Positions 63,626 through 64,000 of a DNA stretch of 64,000 nt are shown here, piece after piece (position 1 is the first letter of the stretch; each line of letters starts with the position of its first letter). The DNA is from an uncultured Planctomycetaceae bacterium (GTDB lineage: Bacteria > Planctomycetota > Phycisphaerae > SM23-33), in contig CAZXOC010000004.1 of assembly GCA_964642165.1 (NCBI GenBank), positions 2,200-66,199 on the forward strand, in the 5' to 3' direction. The notes under the pieces are model-generated. The model ran no database searches. It worked only from the letters and a program-made list of their open reading frames with translations, and had not been told where the DNA came from. The position numbers were made by a program, and so were the translations under genes.

Positions 63626-63802
63626 GATACCGCCTTTTCGGCCCGGCCGCAATCACATTTTCCCGGGCGCCGCGGGCCCAACCCGCCCCACGCGGGTTGG
63701 GCCCGCGGGCAAAAAGGCTGGCAAGCGGGGCATGCGTCATTTATGTTGTCTAGGAAGGCCGTGCCGCCAGCGGGCGGCGAGGTCCGTCGGGACGGACGGC
63801 CT

Positions 63803-63884
63803 GCGAGGGTGGCGGAATTGGCAGACGCGCCAGGTTTAGGTCCTGGTCCCGAAAGGGGTGTGGGTTCGAGTCCCGCCCCTCGCA
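63803..63884 (+). tRNA. tRNA-Leu (anticodon TAG), class II long variable arm
   Basis: Acceptor GCGAGGG/CCCTCGC, anticodon arm CCAGG-TTTAGGT-CCTGG, variable arm TCCCGAAAGGGGTG, T arm GTGGG-TTCGAGT-CCCGC. Confidence 0.93.
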
Positions 63885-63892
63885 GTCGACGC

Positions 63893-63918
63893 GGCCCCGC
63901 CCCGGTGCGGGTGGGGCC
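63893..63918. terminator. 10-bp GC hairpin between tRNA-Leu and a convergent partial CDS
   Basis: GGCCCCGCCC-CGGTGC-GGGTGGGGCC (one G-U pair) read directly. Only a weak T-run (TATTCG) follows. Confidence 0.35.
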
Positions 63919-64000
63919 TATTCGTGCGCCTCGACGGGGGCTCGCGCGCCTTGGTCGCCGCGCTGGCGGACGCGGCGCGCGACCAGGCTCATGACGGCCA
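63918..64000 (-). CDS. possible 3' end of a gene entering from the right edge
   Basis: The reverse strand reads ..AVMSLVARRVRQRGDQGARAPVEAHE-stop (TAG at 63918-63920). Too short to identify. Confidence 0.2.
   Translation of the reverse strand, partial: AVMSLVARRVRQRGDQGARAPVEAHE

Noticed and set aside
1-64000. Scan for CRISPR arrays, rRNA genes, intact transposases/integrases and prophage genes
   Set aside because: No regularly spaced direct repeats, no rRNA-like sequence and no complete mobile-element genes were seen. Only the IS fragments at 20.4-21.1 kb are present.

Overview
High-GC bacterial chromosomal window. Gene content suggests a Planctomycetota-like organism: many SASA-type carbohydrate esterases, a sulfatase-like protein, a PSCyt1-like motif, a DUF1570-like peptidase and ExbBD without TonB. 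This taxonomic call is inference only. All calls come from reading the supplied six-frame track plus hand translation. No searches or statistics were run, and start codons are my best choice among alternatives.

Most long ORFs in the track are Arg/Pro/Gly-rich shadow frames of the real genes and were discarded.

Layout:
- 1-14.5 kb: carbohydrate-utilisation block. It holds a PDZ/toroid protein, a LamG protein, a peptide/oligosaccharide-type ABC importer with a fused binding-protein/permease, GH4, and two SASA esterase genes.
- 14.5-21.8 kb: visibly lower-GC mosaic island. It holds GH95 and a TIM-barrel/sulfatase-like fusion, is bracketed by an inward-facing inverted ~110-nt repeat carrying promoter-like boxes, is littered with esterase gene fragments, and ends in nested IS remnants and about 0.9 kb of non-coding DNA.
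- 22-44 kb: housekeeping genes. These are lysA, glycerate kinase, HtrA, a metallophosphoesterase, an APH-fold kinase, nth, a tetR-OMF-MFP-RND efflux operon, a B12-radical SAM enzyme, hom plus an ApgM-like gene, and lysC.
- 44-47 kb: small nuclease/membrane-protein cluster.
- 47-63 kb: long co-directional minus-strand array. It runs peptidase, atypical sigma-70, lipoproteins, tRNA-Cys, then a TonB-less ExbB-ExbD-ExbD-ExbD operon with a zinc-ribbon/VWA membrane protein and large secreted helical-repeat proteins.
- tRNA-Leu lies at the right edge.

The ExbBD/VWA/TPR operon is my best candidate for an undescribed system. The repeat-bracketed island and the tethered ABC binding protein come next. 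No CRISPR array, rRNA or intact transposase was seen.
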